A stretch of DNA of 64,000 nucleotides from Azolla caroliniana (Eukaryota > Plantae > Polypodiophyta), in the NCBI GenBank assembly GCA_043228905.1, contig JBHGNT010000014.1, positions 5,208,001 to 5,272,000 of the forward strand. The letters run 5' to 3'. Positions 62,201 to 64,000 of this stretch are shown here, piece by piece. The translations under genes were made by a program, and so were the position numbers. Each line of letters opens with the position of its first letter. Positions within the stretch are counted from its first letter, which is position 1. The notes under the pieces were generated by a model, which saw only the letters and a program-made list of their open reading frames with translations, was not told the DNA's origin and searched no databases.

Positions 62201-63452
62201 CACATACGCTATGCTGCCGAATATCCGAAGGTGTCTTAAGTTCGGCTTGCACCCGAAATACAGCTCATGAGCTGACACCTTGTCACCAATGCGGTTGTGT
62301 ATGTAGACGGCCGTTCGGACCGCCTCCGCCCAGTAGAACCGAGGCATGCTCTTCTCCTCCAGCATTGCCCTTGCCGCTTCGACGAGTGTCCAGTTCTTCC
62401 TTTCGGCCACACCGTTTTGCTCCGGTGTGTATCTGCAGCTGAACTCTCGCCGAATTCCCTTCTGCTGCAGATAACTAGTGAATTGGCCGGAAAAATATTC
62501 CTTTCCGCCATCCGACCGAAGGCACTTGATCTTCCTCTTTGATTCCCGTTCCACCATCTTTTGAAGGCTCCGGAAACAATCGAAGACTTCGCTCTTCCGC
62601 TCAATGAGGTAGATCCAAGTATGTCAAGTATAGTCGTCGATGAAGGAGACGAAGTATCGGCTCCCGCCAAGGCTTACACTTTGTGCCGGTCCCCACACAT
62701 CCGAATGGATGAGATCGAGCTTGTTACGGCTCTGGTTCCGTTCGGTGGGGAATGGAAGCCGGTGTTGCTTCCCAAGTTGGCAGGCTTCACAAATTTCGGC
62801 TCTCCGGCCGCTGAACTTCGGCAAACCGAAAACGACTTGTTTCGTTTGCAGGTCTTGAAGCCTCCGGTAGTTGACGTGGCCTATCTGCTTGTGCCACAGG
62901 TCGATGTCCGACTCGACCTTCTGTCGTTTCGCGAACAGAGCGGTGCCAAAGTCATTGGTGTTGAGGATAAACATCCTCCCGTCTCTGCGCCCTTGCGCAA
63001 TGACTTCGCCCTCATCCTCAATGAAGCACCCGAGGTGCGTAAACCGCACCTGCATCCCCTGGTCGACAATCTGACCGATGGACACCAGGTTCTTCATGAT
63101 TGTCAGAACGTGTAATACGTTCATCAGCTTCCCTTTCTGTCCGACGTGGCTTAGAGGGACTTCTCCGACGTGCACGATTGGGTGAGGAGTGTCGTCTCCG
63201 GTTTCGACTACTCCTAGTTGATCCGGTTTCTCCAGAAAGGAGAACCACTCTTTGTGGCTCATCATGTGGTTCGACGCGCCGGAATCAACATACCACACTT
63301 CCTCCATTTTGGAAGTGGTCTTCTTCATTGAGTTTGTCTTGTGATTCATCACCAAGGCTGGCCCCTTACCGGCCTTAATGATGACAAGTAGTGTTTATGA
63401 CGACGATGTGTAAGCGTAAGTGTTTGCGGAAGCGTAAAACAGAGAACAACAC

Positions 63453-63487
<35 letters not shown>

Positions 63488-63826
63488 AAAAGAGAGCAGA
63501 ACACAATTTCAAAATTATATCAAGACTCTGTATACACACTGTGCTAAGTAGCACTATTTATACTAGTCCTCTTGGGACTGACGGAAGTACCATGTACTTC
63601 GATGCTCACACGAGCATCTGACACTTACTACGAGACTATAGCTACCTAGTAGTCTATCCTATACTAGGATTGCGATTGGACTGCCTGGTTACGGATTGCA
63701 CCCGGCCTCCACTGCTTGCCGGTTCGGTTGCTCACCGTCATACCGATCAGTTTCGCCCGATCCGTCTCGCTTACCGGCTCCGGCTTATTCAGCCGAACCG
63801 GCTCCGGTTGAGCTTGCCGCTCAACA
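59151..63826 (-). mobile_element. Element K: copia (possibly Bryco-like). 5' LTR 63409-63826, 3' LTR 59151-59564, PPT 59565-59581, TSD CGATG; PBS and gag deleted
   Basis: Paired LTRs; CGATG at 59146-59150 and 63827-63831. VDSGASNHM, HSDVWGP, SDGGKEY, RT with the YVDD region deleted (~61110), RNase H 60228-60713. Confidence 0.92.
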
Positions 63827-64000
63827 CGATGGTTGGGCGAAGAGGTGTGGAAAATGATGACGTCGAAGACAAGGATGTTGATGACGGTAACTCCGGAAGC
63901 AAGGACGGTGATGATGATAACTCTAGAAGCAAAGGCGATGACGAAGATGGGTGGTGCTCCCAGTTGGAAGGGATTCAAACTATCACGAACACACCAAGCA

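Larger units (their letters stand above)
57329..64000 (-). mobile_element. Element J: non-autonomous chromovirus derivative. 3' LTR 57329-57905, PPT 57906-57920, chromodomain remnant ~57925-58045; other LTR probably starts ~63981
   Basis: TGTCA...TGACA; QYLVFWKGY remnant; ACACACCAAGC recurs at 63989-63999. Confidence 0.7.

Noticed and set aside
8224-63978. Many antisense ORFs (e.g. 8224-8916, 25204-25938, 46131-46697, 59657-60274)
   Set aside because: Shadows of GC-rich retroelement frames with no independent motifs.

Overview
This is a heterochromatin-like window from a plant genome, almost entirely made of nested LTR retrotransposons. The host is probably a non-seed land plant, inferred from the element types and a fern-type PPR fragment. 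I see no intact host protein gene. One decayed chromovirus (H, + strand, pieces from 739 to 57129) hosts a nested series: H > A (tRNA-Trp-primed gypsy) > B (non-autonomous Trp-primed) > C (Trp-primed gypsy) > D (copia) > E (copia) > F (self-priming chromovirus) > a single LTR. There are also side insertions (G, I, solo LTRs) and several captured blocks that lack TSDs. These blocks carry a tandem tRNA-Arg(UCU) array, a putative DNA-transposon relic, a hAT-like element and a PPR-like fragment. To the right are a non-autonomous chromovirus (J) and a copia (K). The most notable signals are: (i) a conserved Pol extension downstream of RNase H in three diverged copia copies; (ii) outward-facing tRNA-like A/B-box cassettes in the U3 of unrelated LTR families; (iii) a Trp-primed gypsy family with 4-bp, mostly CpG-centred targets and a -1 frameshift/pseudoknot between protease and RT; (iv) Tf1-type self-priming plus heat-shock-element arrays in the chromovirus LTRs; (v) many repair scars, including templated fillers, an inversion and LTR flank copying. 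All coordinates were read by eye. Lineage names are inferences and need RT phylogeny.
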